64,000 nt of DNA from Rhynchopus sp. YZ270_cl-10 (taxonomy: Eukaryota), in NCBI GenBank assembly GCA_964035575.1, contig OZ037833.1, positions 744,001-808,000 on the forward strand, written 5' to 3'. Below are positions 33,833 to 44,362 of this stretch, in pieces (position 1 is the first letter of the stretch; each line of letters begins with the position of its first letter). The notes beneath the pieces are model-generated. The model did not search any database and was not told the DNA's origin. It saw only the letters and a program-made list of their open reading frames with translations. The position numbers and the translations under genes were made by a program.

Positions 33833-34570
33833 CAGGGCGTTCGCTATCGCCATCGTTTTTTCCTGATCGTGGCGAAATACCAAAAACCCCGAAATTTTCG
33901 TTTTTTTACTGGTGCTTAAAATAGGTCAAAAAAAATTTTCCCGCCGGAGAGAAGTTAGTTCGTGGGGTGAATGGTCAAAAAAAATTTGCGATTTGCGCGT
34001 GATCCCTTCCCCAGCACAAGTGATATTACAGCTGAACTTTCCTGATACTAAAACCAGCAAAACGATGGAGAATTTCATCAATCCCCCCTCACTGAGGGTC
34101 TCTTTGTGTTGTTTAATCAAACAGATGTACAAGAGAGAGGCATCCGTCATATGAGACTTCATCCTTATTTTGATTATTTTCAACTCTCTGCCATTGAAGG
34201 TAGAGTTGACACGAGCAGTGACACCTTCTATAACAGGGGGTACGGTGCACCTTCAGCAGACTGCAGGATTGAGGAGCGAGCGGGAGTGCTGGGGAAACTT
34301 CCTCTCACGGCAGGCGGGTTTGCGGATGATTTTGAGTACAGTGGACACCCCTCTGCGACCCCCCCTCCGGGGGGGTCTACAGGGTGGTGGGGAGAAATCT
34401 CTCTCTCTCTTTTTTTTTTTTTTTTTTTCCCCTTTTTTTATTTATTTATTTATTTATACAGGGTTTCGCCCCGGTGGGGCGAAGCCCTGGGGCGAAATAA
34501 AATGTCATTTTTTCAGGAAAAGATTTTTTTAACGAAAAAAAATATTTTTCGCCCCGGGGCGAACGCCCTG
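33833..34570. mobile_element. Nested hAT-family deletion derivative with 8-bp TSD GTTTGCAG
   Basis: TIRs CAGGGCGTTCGC / GCGAACGCCCTG; TSD at 33825-33832 and 34571-34578. Minus-strand remnant YPLL*KVSLLVSTLPS...LKIIKIRMKSHMTDASLLYICLIKQHKE (~34100-34265) resembles the hAT C-terminal dimerisation domain. Confidence 0.85.
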
Positions 34571-34578
34571 GTTTGCAG

Positions 34579-34906
34579 TACTGTACTGTACTGTACTGTA
34601 CTGTACTGTACTGTACTGTACTGTACTGTACTGTACTGTACTGTACTGTACTGTACTGTACTGTACTGTACTGTACTGTACTGTACTGTACTGTACTGTA
34701 CTGTACTGTACTGTACTGTACTGTACTGTACTGTACTGTACTGTACTGTACTGTACTGTACTGTACTGTACTGTACTGTACTGTACTGTACTGTACTGTA
34801 CTCCCAATCCCCTGTGTATACTGTGTATACTGTGTATACTGTGTATACTGTGTATACTGTGTATACTGTGTATACTGTGTATACTGTGTATACTGTGTAT
34901 ACTGTG
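34579..34906. repeat. (CTGTA)n ~44 copies (34579-34802) followed by (CTGTGTATA)n ~10 copies (34812-34906)
   Basis: Read directly from the sequence. Confidence 0.98.
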
Positions 34907-36059
34907 AAATTGATCAAAAACGAGAACTTGTCCATTTCGGCAAATTGACCCCACCACTGGCCGGGCGGATTTCGGAAATGCAAATGCCGTCGTTTAAACT
35001 GGTAGGAACACGGGTAATCGGTTATGCACCACACCAAAAACCAAAAAAAAATCACAAAAAATCACAAAAAAACACAAAAATTCACGAAAATTCACAACGA
35101 GGCGGAAAAACACGTGATACGCGGGTGTGTAGGTTTTTGTGAATATTTGTGAATTTTTGTGAATATTTGTGAATTTTTGTGAATATTTGTGAATGGCTAG
35201 TGAATAATCTTGAAAAAAAAGACCCCAGATCACCCCATAAATGAAATATTTTTTGGGGGGTTTTTTTTTGAAAATAATGGCTTCACTCAGTTGCAGCTAG
35301 TTTTTTTTATTTGCAACGCTCGAGTTGAGCTTTCCACACAAATTTGGAGATTTTTTGTTGTTTTTTTTGCTCGACCAAAAACAAAAAAACCTCCACACAC
35401 GTAACACACGCGGGGTTCCGCAGCGATCGGGAAAAGCGAATACGCGGAAGAAAGGGTTGTAAATTGAAAATTGATGCAAAACGCCTGTCGACTCGCAGGC
35501 GCCAGACTTCTGCGGGTAAAAAAAAAAGGGGGGAAGGACATTCGACGGTATAACCGCTCACAGCGCGAACGTTCTATTTATTGTTATTGCATCGATAGAA
35601 ATCGCTCACCGTTTGTTGTTTTTGCTTTTTTTGAAAACTTGGTTGTATTAGTGTAGACACCCGAGGATGAACTCCACTATTTGTTTCTTTTTTTTTTGCT
35701 TTTTTTTAGATTGCATTGATTGTATCCCTTTGCACGTCATGTCCAAAAGCGAAACGAAAATAAAGAGAAGTTTGAAAGTGCAAACGCCTTCACCGTTGAT
35801 CGGCGGACGCAGGAGCCTCCAGGAGAAGAGCCTCTGAGCACTGAAAGAAAAGCAAGATGAACCCAACCTTCTCAGAGATTCATCAAAACTAAACATAACA
35901 TTATACCAACTGATCTGTCCTCATCACTCTACTACTATGTCTTATTTCGTTGACCGCAGCCAAAACATAGCCGAAAACTCTCCTTTTGTCATTTGGAAAT
36001 AAAGCCGCTATTGCGTATTCTCCACAAAAACCGTTTTTCACAACAAAAAAAAAAAAATG

Positions 36060-39000
36060 CTAGCCCAAGGGCTCGCTGGCAGAGAAAGCCCGCTCCCTGA
36101 CAAGCCCCGGCGAGAGGCTGCCCGCAGTAGCAGGGTCTGCGGAAGACACTGTCCGCGTACGGGACAGCGACCGCCCGCTGTGCTGCGTCTTGCCACGGTC
36201 CAGACTGCCACCTCGAGTTCGCTGCTGCCGTGCCTGCGGGCTGCGACTGCGGCGCTTTCTGTTAAATACATTGACCCATCATACACCCCTTTTTACATAC
36301 GAATCACGCACGAGTTTTGTACAATCATCGCAGGCGCGTACCGAGCCTGCATGTGGACGGTCTGAGAGCGTGCAGCGGTTGTTCGAATGCGCTGCACAGA
36401 AGACGTGCCCACACATACGGCAGTGGTGACGCCGCCGCCACCACTGGAAGGGTCGGAGGCAGGCAGCACAGCAGGGGGCCATGTTGTCCGGCACCCAGCG
36501 TGCGCCTTGGGCCGCCCCAACCCCTCCGGGTCCGTTGCCCCCATTGTAGCGACTGAGCGCAGCCTGCTGCACCTCGTTGTCGTTCCCGCCGCTCAGCTCG
36601 ATCATATCGACGGCGTCAAAAACGTTCGGCAAAATGATGTCCTCCACAATGTTGCGCATGAACTCCACCACCCCCTTCCGGTCGTCAACCAGATCCACCA
36701 AATGCCGTGCCGTCGAGAAGCTGTTGAACGCACCCATCCTCTTCTTCAACGCGGCCTCCAGCTTGGGCCGCTTATTCCGGTGGTCCTCCAGCTCGCGGCC
36801 AATTTGCAGAAGGGTTTCCCCTACCGAGTCTTGCCATAGCTGTGGAGGGGGGTGGTTGAGGTGGAGGGGGCTATGGGGTATGGCATACGTCAGTCCAGTC
36901 GTGGTCAATAGGTGCGTAAACCTCCTCCCAGAAGTGCAGCATTTTAGGCCAGTTAACGGGGCGGATGACGACATCGGCGCCAGAGTACTGTTGGTGGTGA
37001 TAATGAGGATGTTTTTTTTTGTGTGAAGTGTAGGGCAAGGAGTAGCATATACTGTGGTGTGTGATGACAATGGGTGTTTTTGCGTGAAGTGTGTGCATAC
37101 CAACAAATTCAAAAACTCTGGTCTGTGATACCGCTGATCCGGCGCATTGAGGTGCGCCCACAAGGAGAGCCCCACACTACCTTCCCTCCGCTCCATCTCG
37201 TTGTTGTGGAGGAAGGTCGAAAACCTGCCGGAGGTGCTGTGGTACAATATGTACATCAGATACTGGTCTGTGAACTCAAACAGCGTAGGGTACTGCCGCC
37301 AGAGCTGGTAGACGCAGTCCATCCACTGCAGGAAGATCGGCGACATCTCTGACCTCCCCATGCTTGACTCCCTCTCCACGTTGAAATGCCTGTCCGCAAA
37401 CTTATGCCCTGCAGCCAACCAATCCTGCCGCAACAACACCTGAAACCCTTCAATGGTTCTATAGTACGGATCGATCAACATCTTCGCCAACGTCATAACC
37501 TGCGAAGTCCTATCCCACCCATCCGAGCAATGAATCAACACACTGCTACCCGACTCTACAAGACTCACCACCTTGATGGCCGCAAGAAGAATCTTCTCCA
37601 GATGCCTCAACCACCCTGTTGCATGAAACGCCGCCATCCACGACCCACTACACGGCCCCTCCACGAGACGACGTAGTTGCTTCAACGATGCGGTAATATC
37701 ATGGATATTACCAAGATCTGCATTATCATAGGTACACCCCGTATAGTAGCGCTCATCCTCATAACCTCCTGCACGAGAACGGTTTGCCATTGCATTGGCA
37801 AATGGTCTGCAATCAAAGATGACTACCCCCCTGTTTAACGGCTCCGTCTCTGAGGATTGGCTTTCATTGTCAGACGTAACGGGAACCTCTCTAGGGCGTT
37901 GAAGCATGCCAACATACATTTCGTCATGGTTGGAGCGTTTGCCAAAACCTACCTTGGGTTGACTGCTTCGACACATTGATGCCCCTGTGGTGGGGTGGAT
38001 CCATGATGCAATAGGAAACCGTCCTTTCGATCGAAACTGTGAACTATGTTCTATAAGCTCATCAGGCGCAACAGCCGGTACAATGCCTATACCTGGATAG
38101 GAAGGTGCCACGTCATAGCTCGCATTGAGCTGTGAGATGCGCCAATGTATCGCAACGTGAGGAGGGCTGTTGCGGGTCATCCTAATAAACTCTTCGCGAA
38201 TGACGTGAACACCGTCAAACTCGCTTTTGCATTCCTTTTCGCTGCCTTTGTACTTCGCGGAGTGGCGTGTACAAAAGGGTTCGTCAGCATCAGGGGTGTA
38301 CGTCAAAGAATGGAGTAATTTCTGCACTACAACGATCTCCTCCATCTTCAGTAGAACCGCGTATGAAGCGACACCTTTCGTTTGGATGACCATGGCTCGG
38401 CATTCCTTTGCCACCTTCTCCCTTCCGCTCGCCTTCGGGTCTGCTACCCCAAGGCCTACCCCTACTCCGCTGTCCTCCAGAATCGGTAGTGTTTCTAGTG
38501 TTTTTGGATCAAAGGATTCTCGCTGTTCTTTGTCGTCTTCTTGCCAATCAAAGGTGGGCGGAGGAGATGGTGAGGGTGAGCGCGACCTATTCAGGCTTGT
38601 TTCTACTACAGTGGAATCTGCCCGGATTGCTTGGGGAACACTTAACCCGGTTCCTGTCGCGTTGAGGGAGCCGTTGTGGAGGCCATAGGTTTCGGCTATT
38701 TTGAAGCGAACCTTTTCGATCGAAGTCAAAGGAACAGATATGGCTCTTGGTGCGGCTCCATCCATTAATTTCAACCCTACTCGAAAGTTTGTTACAATCA
38801 ACCTCACCGGTTTGGTCTTCCGCAATGACGGCACCACTACGCAGCACAGTATATTATGCAGCTCCTCCTCCCCCGCTAGCAGTGAAATCCTTGTCTTCCG
38901 GTTGACATACATTCCTCCAAAGGACCGTTCCTTCTGTACTGAGGCCTGCGGCTGGCGGGTTAGCTTTACTGCAAAAGAGTTTGGAACTTTAGGGCGTCTG

Positions 39001-39359
39001 AGGTTAGGTGTTGTGACACACAGAGAGCTGGCCTGTACTGTTTCTCGTTCGGTTTCGGCAACGTCGGTGCGTTCGGAGGATTGTGTGGGGTGCATGGGGT
39101 TGGGGGAGGCTTCTTTGGGGCCGTAGTCTTCGTCTGGGCATATGGCAGCTAGGGAGAGTGAGTTGCTTCGGCGGTACTCAGGTTCGCAGGAGACGCCGCC
39201 GTGGTCAGAGTCGCTTGATTCCTCATATTGGTGGTGCGAAAGGGACGACAGCGTGTTGCGGTTGCCGCGGGCGTTGGTGAAGCCGTTGTTGTGGATGTTG
39301 TGGTCGCTTGCGTCAAGCGCGATGCCGTCGTCGGTGGGGCATGAAAAGGACTCAATCAT
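36060..39359 (-). CDS. MTMR: Myotubularin-related phosphoinositide 3-phosphatase with C-terminal FYVE domain, ~1031 aa, 4 exons
   Basis: Intact catalytic motif HCSDGWDRT; family motifs WRIS.LN.SY...SYP, FRSKGRFP, RSSQP, GHKFADR, SPIFLQWMDCVYQL; FYVE WVPD..CAAC..RRRHHCRMCG..C..CDDC. Exons 39359-37101, 36987-36889, 36839-36301, 36258-36060, with GT-AG introns of 113, 49 and 42 nt. The last exon is the least certain. Confidence 0.92.
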
Positions 39360-40267
39360 ACGGGAACTGGCAGGGGCACAGAACCGCACACCGCTCTCTC
39401 AACCCAACAATTCCTTCACTGTGTTTGGGGGGAGGGGAAGGGGGGAGGAGATGTGTTGTTTGTGTGCTCGAAAAGAGACACAAATCTACTTCTGTTTTTT
39501 TTTTTTTTTTTTTTTTTTTTTACTGGTTTTCTTCCTTGCTTTCGTATTTTTTGTTTTCTTTATCTATGTGGATCCCCCCCAGTGAACCGTTAGGGACCCC
39601 GCTCTGCCGTGGCAGTCGTGGTTAGCGTTGTCATGTTTGTCTGTAGCACACAAGTAAGAAGAGAGACTCTAGGTCTCATTGGCGTCTGTTTCTCAAAAGT
39701 TTGGTTGTTGTTCTACTCTTGTGGGTTGCCGTTAAACGGAAGCGCCTCCCCATTTACCACGCAAATCGGGGGGAACATACAGGCTGCACAGATCTCCCCC
39801 CACTATGTGGCAGTCGAGCCTTGTTACGTGGCTCCCTGGCCTGACTGCGAACTCCGCGCAACCTCACACGAGGTTAACCACGGAGTCAAAAGGAAAAAAA
39901 AAATATGATAAAAAAAAAAAAATTTATAAAGTGCACCCAAGCCCCGGGGCCTGGGCACTTTATAAATTAAAAGGAAAATCAATGATTTGTTTTTTTTTGT
40001 TTTTTTTTTTTTGCTTTTTTTTTTTTTTTTTTTTTTTTTGTTTTTTTTTCTGTTTTTTTGTTGTTTTTTTTTTTTTGAAAAGTAAAAAGTATGTTTGAAA
40101 GTGTAACACACGTCTTCGTAGAAGACGGCGTTCCGCACATGTATTGTCTTCGCAACCGTCAGTTGCGCTGGTCGTGGTGCCGCAGGTACATCCTGGGCTT
40201 GCTTTTTGTTCGTGGTTTTTTTTTTTTTTCCTTGTCTTTATTGTTTCAAGTTTTGGCCGGCGTCTCC

Positions 40268-43200
40268 TCAGTAGGTGTTGCTCCGCACGAGTTCAGGCAG
40301 GCTGGCCTCTGTCAGTTTTGCCGCGCTGATGTACTTCAGGCACAACTGGGGTTGCTCTAGCAGTAAGAACTTGAGCGACTTGTTTGGCAGTAGGTCTGTC
40401 CTTAGTGCCTTGGTGGCTGAACACACTTTGAACATGTGTTTCAGTGTCGCCTTTGCTTTTGCCGTGCAGTTGTTGCAGCGTGCCACGTCGTTGCTGCCCA
40501 TGTAGTCGAACAGCGCAGGGTGGCGCTCTGTCCGCAGCAGTCTCATCTGCACTGCTCCCCGCCGCGTGAGCTCCGGTGTGCTCAGCTTGGGTCGCGACAC
40601 TCCCTTCGGGGTGTCCGCCGTGATCGTGCTGTAGAGTTCGCTCGCCGGTTGGGGTGTGTAGCTGGAGCAGACTGCGCGTATCGCCGCTTTGCACGCGAGG
40701 AGCGTGAGTGGTTCCTCTTGTAGGCGGCCTTTTTGTGATGCCCGTTCTGCTTGGTACGTGGCCGTACCTAACTTGGCTTCGTGGTCCGCTTCCTCATTTC
40801 CACTCACCCCCACATGTGACGGGATGTACTGCATGATCACCCGCACCTTGGTTGTAGCCCGGTGTAGTGCCGACCACACGTCGCAGAGAAGTCCCGTAGC
40901 CTTCACCGGACCTGTCTCCAACGCACGTAGTGCTGACTGGCTGTCTGTGAGGATTACCACCGTGTTGTGTTTGTGGTCTGTGCGGTGCAGTTCCTCCACC
41001 ATCGGAAGTGCCTCTCTGATGGCCACCAGCTCGGCGGTGTACGATATGCTCATCCGCCCTGCTCCGACGTTGGCTGTCGCTATTTCTTTGTCGCTGTCTC
41101 CCGGGTAGACCACAATGCCTGCACCCCCGTGGCCTCGTCCGCCTTCCACCGACCCGTCTGTGTAGACGTGGAGGTCCGCTGGTGGCAGCTCTGCGATGGT
41201 CTGCTCTGTCAAGCTTCTCGCCTCTGCGTCCGTCTGCGTGCCCTTCTTGAAGCCAGCCACGTAGGGCCGGATGTCGACCTTGGGGAGGACCTCCTTCCAG
41301 CGCCAGGGTGCCACCGGGTAGTGTGTCTGGGACATCGCTGGTTGGTCGTGGCGGTACATCTTCGTCTGTTCCACTGTGTCCTTCGCCGACCGTAACCAGG
41401 TCAGTTTCGTATCGCTTGAATGCATTGCACACTCTGCTGGGGTCTCCAGTTGTCGACGTGCACGTTCGTACAGGGCTGCTGCATCGAATTCGACGTGCTC
41501 TCGTATCTTCCTCAGGTGTGCTTCCCAGAGTAGGTCCTCTGCTTTGGTGTAGTAGTTACACCCGGTGATGACCCTCGCCCCCCTTCGGTGGAGTACTTCC
41601 AGAGTTTCAAGGCCTGCCTCATTTAGCGCTGGTCCCCACACCGCCAGTGCATACGTTATGGTCGGGAGCACGTACGTCATGTACACCTGTCTCAGCATGT
41701 GGGCATCGCACCCCCAGTCCCGTCCAGCCATGAGCTGGATCAGAGAAAGTTTTTTGTGGAACTTCGTCTTCACCGCCGCCAGTTGTGGCTGCATCGTCAG
41801 TGCGTCATCCAGTTCCACCCCCAGGTAACGGACCGTCTGCGCACGGTTCACCACTGCTCCGTCTGCGTACTTCACTTCGCACTTAGCTTTTCTGATGTCG
41901 GCACGATCGCCCTTCTCGGTCACTGGCATCACGAAGGTTTTCCTGCGGGATATCGTGAATCCAAGTTTGGGGAGGTGTTCCTCTAGCAGTGTAAGGACCT
42001 TCTGTATCGCCGCTGTTGCTTCCTCCAGTGTGCGCTCCGTACACATGATGGCCAGGTCGTCAGCGAAGATGCAGAAGTGGGCCGTCGTTCCTTCCAGGAT
42101 CTCTGCCACCTCCGTCATCACCAGATTGAACAGTAGTGGTGAGAGCACTGTGCCCTGGGGAACACCCTCCCGCATCACGTATTCCTCGCTCCGTGTTCCT
42201 TCCACCGTTGTCCTTGCCGTTCTGTGCTTCAGGTAATCCGTGAGCCACGTGATGTATCGCTCTGGTACCTGGTGTTGGTGGAGCCTTTCCAGAATTTTCC
42301 CCCGTTTAACCTTGTCGTAGGCCTTGTCGAGGTCCAGCGTCAGAATGATGGGGACTTCTTTCTTCGCTGCGGAGTCCTTAGCCAGCTGCGTGATGTAGGC
42401 CAGGTTGTCCACGGCGGAACGGAAGCGTCTGAATCCTGTCTGTTTGGGATGTAGGTTCTGTGTGGCCTCGTTTGGGTCTTCCATCAGCTGGAGCAGTCTG
42501 TTCGCTAGCACGTGTTCCATCACCTTACTCACGGTACTCGTCAGGGCTATCGGCCGGTAGGATTCGAGGTCTTCCTCTGGCTTCCCTTGTTTGTGGATAG
42601 GGAAAAGTATGGCCTTCTTCCATTCTTTGGGTAGTTGCCCCTGCTTCCACGAGAGGTTCATGACATGTAGAAGCCCTTTTTTTGCGGCGGGTCCGAGGTG
42701 CATCAACATCTCGTTGTGTATCCCATCCGCTCCAGGTGACTTTCCTGCTTCTAGGACGTTCAGTGCGGCGTCCAGCTCCTCCAGTGTCAGGGGTGCTTCA
42801 GCTCCTTGGGATCCTGCCGTAGTTTGCTGCTCCGCATCCGGTAGGCCTGTGCCGTCACTCACGCTGCAGTAGTGCTCCCCCAGTGCGTCCGCCTTCTCCT
42901 TGTTGGTGGAGAGCTGTTGTTTTTCCTGTTGTCCCTCTTTTTTTACTTTTATGGGGTACGACTGCGCCTTGTCCGCCCGTCCGTCCAACTCGCGCAGCAG
43001 CCTGAAGGCCCCGGAGGTTGCTACTGCCTTGGTGCACTTGTCCTCCCACACCTCTCTCTTCGCCTTCCGTATCGCATTGGCCGTCTGCCGCCGGAGTTCC
43101 GTGAGTGCGTCCCCGTCGGCCACGGTCAGGGTCTCCTCCTTCTGCTGTCTGCGGAGTTCTCTGTCTCGTTGCTTCTGGGCCTTCTTCACCGCACCGTTGC

Positions 43201-44359
43201 ACCAGCGTCGCTTCTTCTTCCTTGCCTTGCCTCTGGGGATGTGCCTCCTCGCGATGTTCTTCACCATCCCTGCCCACTTGGCTGCTGCGGTGCTGATCGA
43301 GCCCCACTTCATTGCGTCTGGCGAACTGCGCTCCATCTCCTTGGTGAAGCCTGCCCAGTTCGCCTTCTTCCAGTTCCACAGCTCTTTTTTGAGTTTCACC
43401 TCAGGATGTGTTGGAGGTGTTTGGGCGTTCGCTTGCACTTCAAACTCTATCGGCAGGTGGTCGGAGTTGAGCGTTTCCCGTGTTTGCCAATTGGGGTCGG
43501 CCCAGTCTCTGTCTGCGAAGACCACATCTGGTGACGTTTTGGTACCGCGCTGGATCCGCGTTGCTTCCTTCTTGTTCCAGCATCGCATGTTGTTCCCCAA
43601 CGCCCAGTCGTGTAGGTCAGTTCCCGTTTGGTTGGGAATTTTCGCCTGACTCCACGCCTGGTGATGTGCGTTGATGTCCCCTGCGATCACGCAGCCCTCT
43701 CCCGTTGGCAGATCCTGTGTTGCGAAGTCATCCTCTCTCTGGTCCCCCTTCTGTAGACCCACCCCGCTCGGCCGGTACACATTCGTGAAGAGCACGCCCT
43801 CCACAATCACATCCAGCCTCTCTGTGGTCTCCCACGCTTCGAAGGGTTGTTCTGTCGCACGCAAGTTCTTCTTCACCAGTGTCGCAATCCCTCCCCCATG
43901 CGTCTCGCTGATGTCTTTTTTTCGAGCTACCGTTCGCACCCGCAGGAAAGTCCTGTACCCGTCAAAGTTCAGCTTGCCCGTTTGCGCCGCCATGAGTTCT
44001 TGGAGGTGTACTACATCGTACTTCTCCTTCTCCAGGACCTGCTTCAGCTCCCCTTTCTTCGGGCCCGTCAGCCCCCCCGCATTCCAACTCATGCAGCGAA
44101 GGGTTCTTGGTTTTGGTCCTTGCTCTGGTTCTGGCTCTGGTCCTGGCTCAGGCTCGATGCCGTCCTCTAGCAGTTGGTTGCTCTTGATGGTGGAGGAGGT
44201 CTTGTCGAGTGTGGGGTCTGTGTTCGGTCGACCTGAGTGGTGTTGATGTGTCATCCTTGGGTGTGCGTGGGTCTTCCACTTGTACGGAAGCAAAAAAGGC
44301 AGTAGCAGCAGCAGCACACTATCCAGCATTAACCACACCAACAGCAACACCAGACACAA
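40268..44359 (-). CDS. LINE ORF2: AP endonuclease, reverse transcriptase, RNase H, C-terminal CCHC knuckle
   Basis: APE: SWNAGGL, LQE, GGGIA, NVYRP, GDINAH, SPDV, SDH. RT: KSPGADGI, YRPIALTS, QTGFR, DLDKAYD, GVPQGTVLSPLLF, FADD, YLGV. RNase H: YTDGS, AELVAI, TDSQSAL, HVGVSGNEEAD. Knuckle: CNNC...H...C. Start uncertain (readthrough, or ATG at 44329 or 44254). Confidence 0.95.
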   Translation of the reverse strand: MCLVLLLVWLMLDSVLLLLLPFLLPYKWKTHAHPRMTHQHHSGRPNTDPTLDKTSSTIKSNQLLEDGIEPEPGPEPEPEQGPKPRTLRCMSWNAGGLTGPKKGELKQVLEKEKYDVVHLQELMAAQTGKLNFDGYRTFLRVRTVARKKDISETHGGGIATLVKKNLRATEQPFEAWETTERLDVIVEGVLFTNVYRPSGVGLQKGDQREDDFATQDLPTGEGCVIAGDINAHHQAWSQAKIPNQTGTDLHDWALGNNMRCWNKKEATRIQRGTKTSPDVVFADRDWADPNWQTRETLNSDHLPIEFEVQANAQTPPTHPEVKLKKELWNWKKANWAGFTKEMERSSPDAMKWGSISTAAAKWAGMVKNIARRHIPRGKARKKKRRWCNGAVKKAQKQRDRELRRQQKEETLTVADGDALTELRRQTANAIRKAKREVWEDKCTKAVATSGAFRLLRELDGRADKAQSYPIKVKKEGQQEKQQLSTNKEKADALGEHYCSVSDGTGLPDAEQQTTAGSQGAEAPLTLEELDAALNVLEAGKSPGADGIHNEMLMHLGPAAKKGLLHVMNLSWKQGQLPKEWKKAILFPIHKQGKPEEDLESYRPIALTSTVSKVMEHVLANRLLQLMEDPNEATQNLHPKQTGFRRFRSAVDNLAYITQLAKDSAAKKEVPIILTLDLDKAYDKVKRGKILERLHQHQVPERYITWLTDYLKHRTARTTVEGTRSEEYVMREGVPQGTVLSPLLFNLVMTEVAEILEGTTAHFCIFADDLAIMCTERTLEEATAAIQKVLTLLEEHLPKLGFTISRRKTFVMPVTEKGDRADIRKAKCEVKYADGAVVNRAQTVRYLGVELDDALTMQPQLAAVKTKFHKKLSLIQLMAGRDWGCDAHMLRQVYMTYVLPTITYALAVWGPALNEAGLETLEVLHRRGARVITGCNYYTKAEDLLWEAHLRKIREHVEFDAAALYERARRQLETPAECAMHSSDTKLTWLRSAKDTVEQTKMYRHDQPAMSQTHYPVAPWRWKEVLPKVDIRPYVAGFKKGTQTDAEARSLTEQTIAELPPADLHVYTDGSVEGGRGHGGAGIVVYPGDSDKEIATANVGAGRMSISYTAELVAIREALPMVEELHRTDHKHNTVVILTDSQSALRALETGPVKATGLLCDVWSALHRATTKVRVIMQYIPSHVGVSGNEEADHEAKLGTATYQAERASQKGRLQEEPLTLLACKAAIRAVCSSYTPQPASELYSTITADTPKGVSRPKLSTPELTRRGAVQMRLLRTERHPALFDYMGSNDVARCNNCTAKAKATLKHMFKVCSATKALRTDLLPNKSLKFLLLEQPQLCLKYISAAKLTEASLPELVRSNTY

Positions 44360-44362
44360 CAG

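Larger units (their letters stand above)
33541..35237. mobile_element. TIR element with TG...CA termini and 5-bp TSD TAAAT; hosts a nested hAT-like element and satellites
   Basis: ~52-bp imperfect TIRs (TGGGGTGATCTGGGG.CTTTTTTTTCAAGATTATTCAC...); TAAAT at 33536-33540 and 35238-35242; TTTGTGAA subterminal repeats. Confidence 0.85.

Noticed and set aside
34579..34906. Satellites as telomeric repeats
   Set aside because: Not TTAGGG-like, internal, and enclosed in a TIR element.
29031..35142. ORFs translated from satellites (YVRYVM..., MPSCHHAI..., YCTVL/STVQY)
   Set aside because: Stop-free only because the repeat units lack stop codons; not credible proteins.
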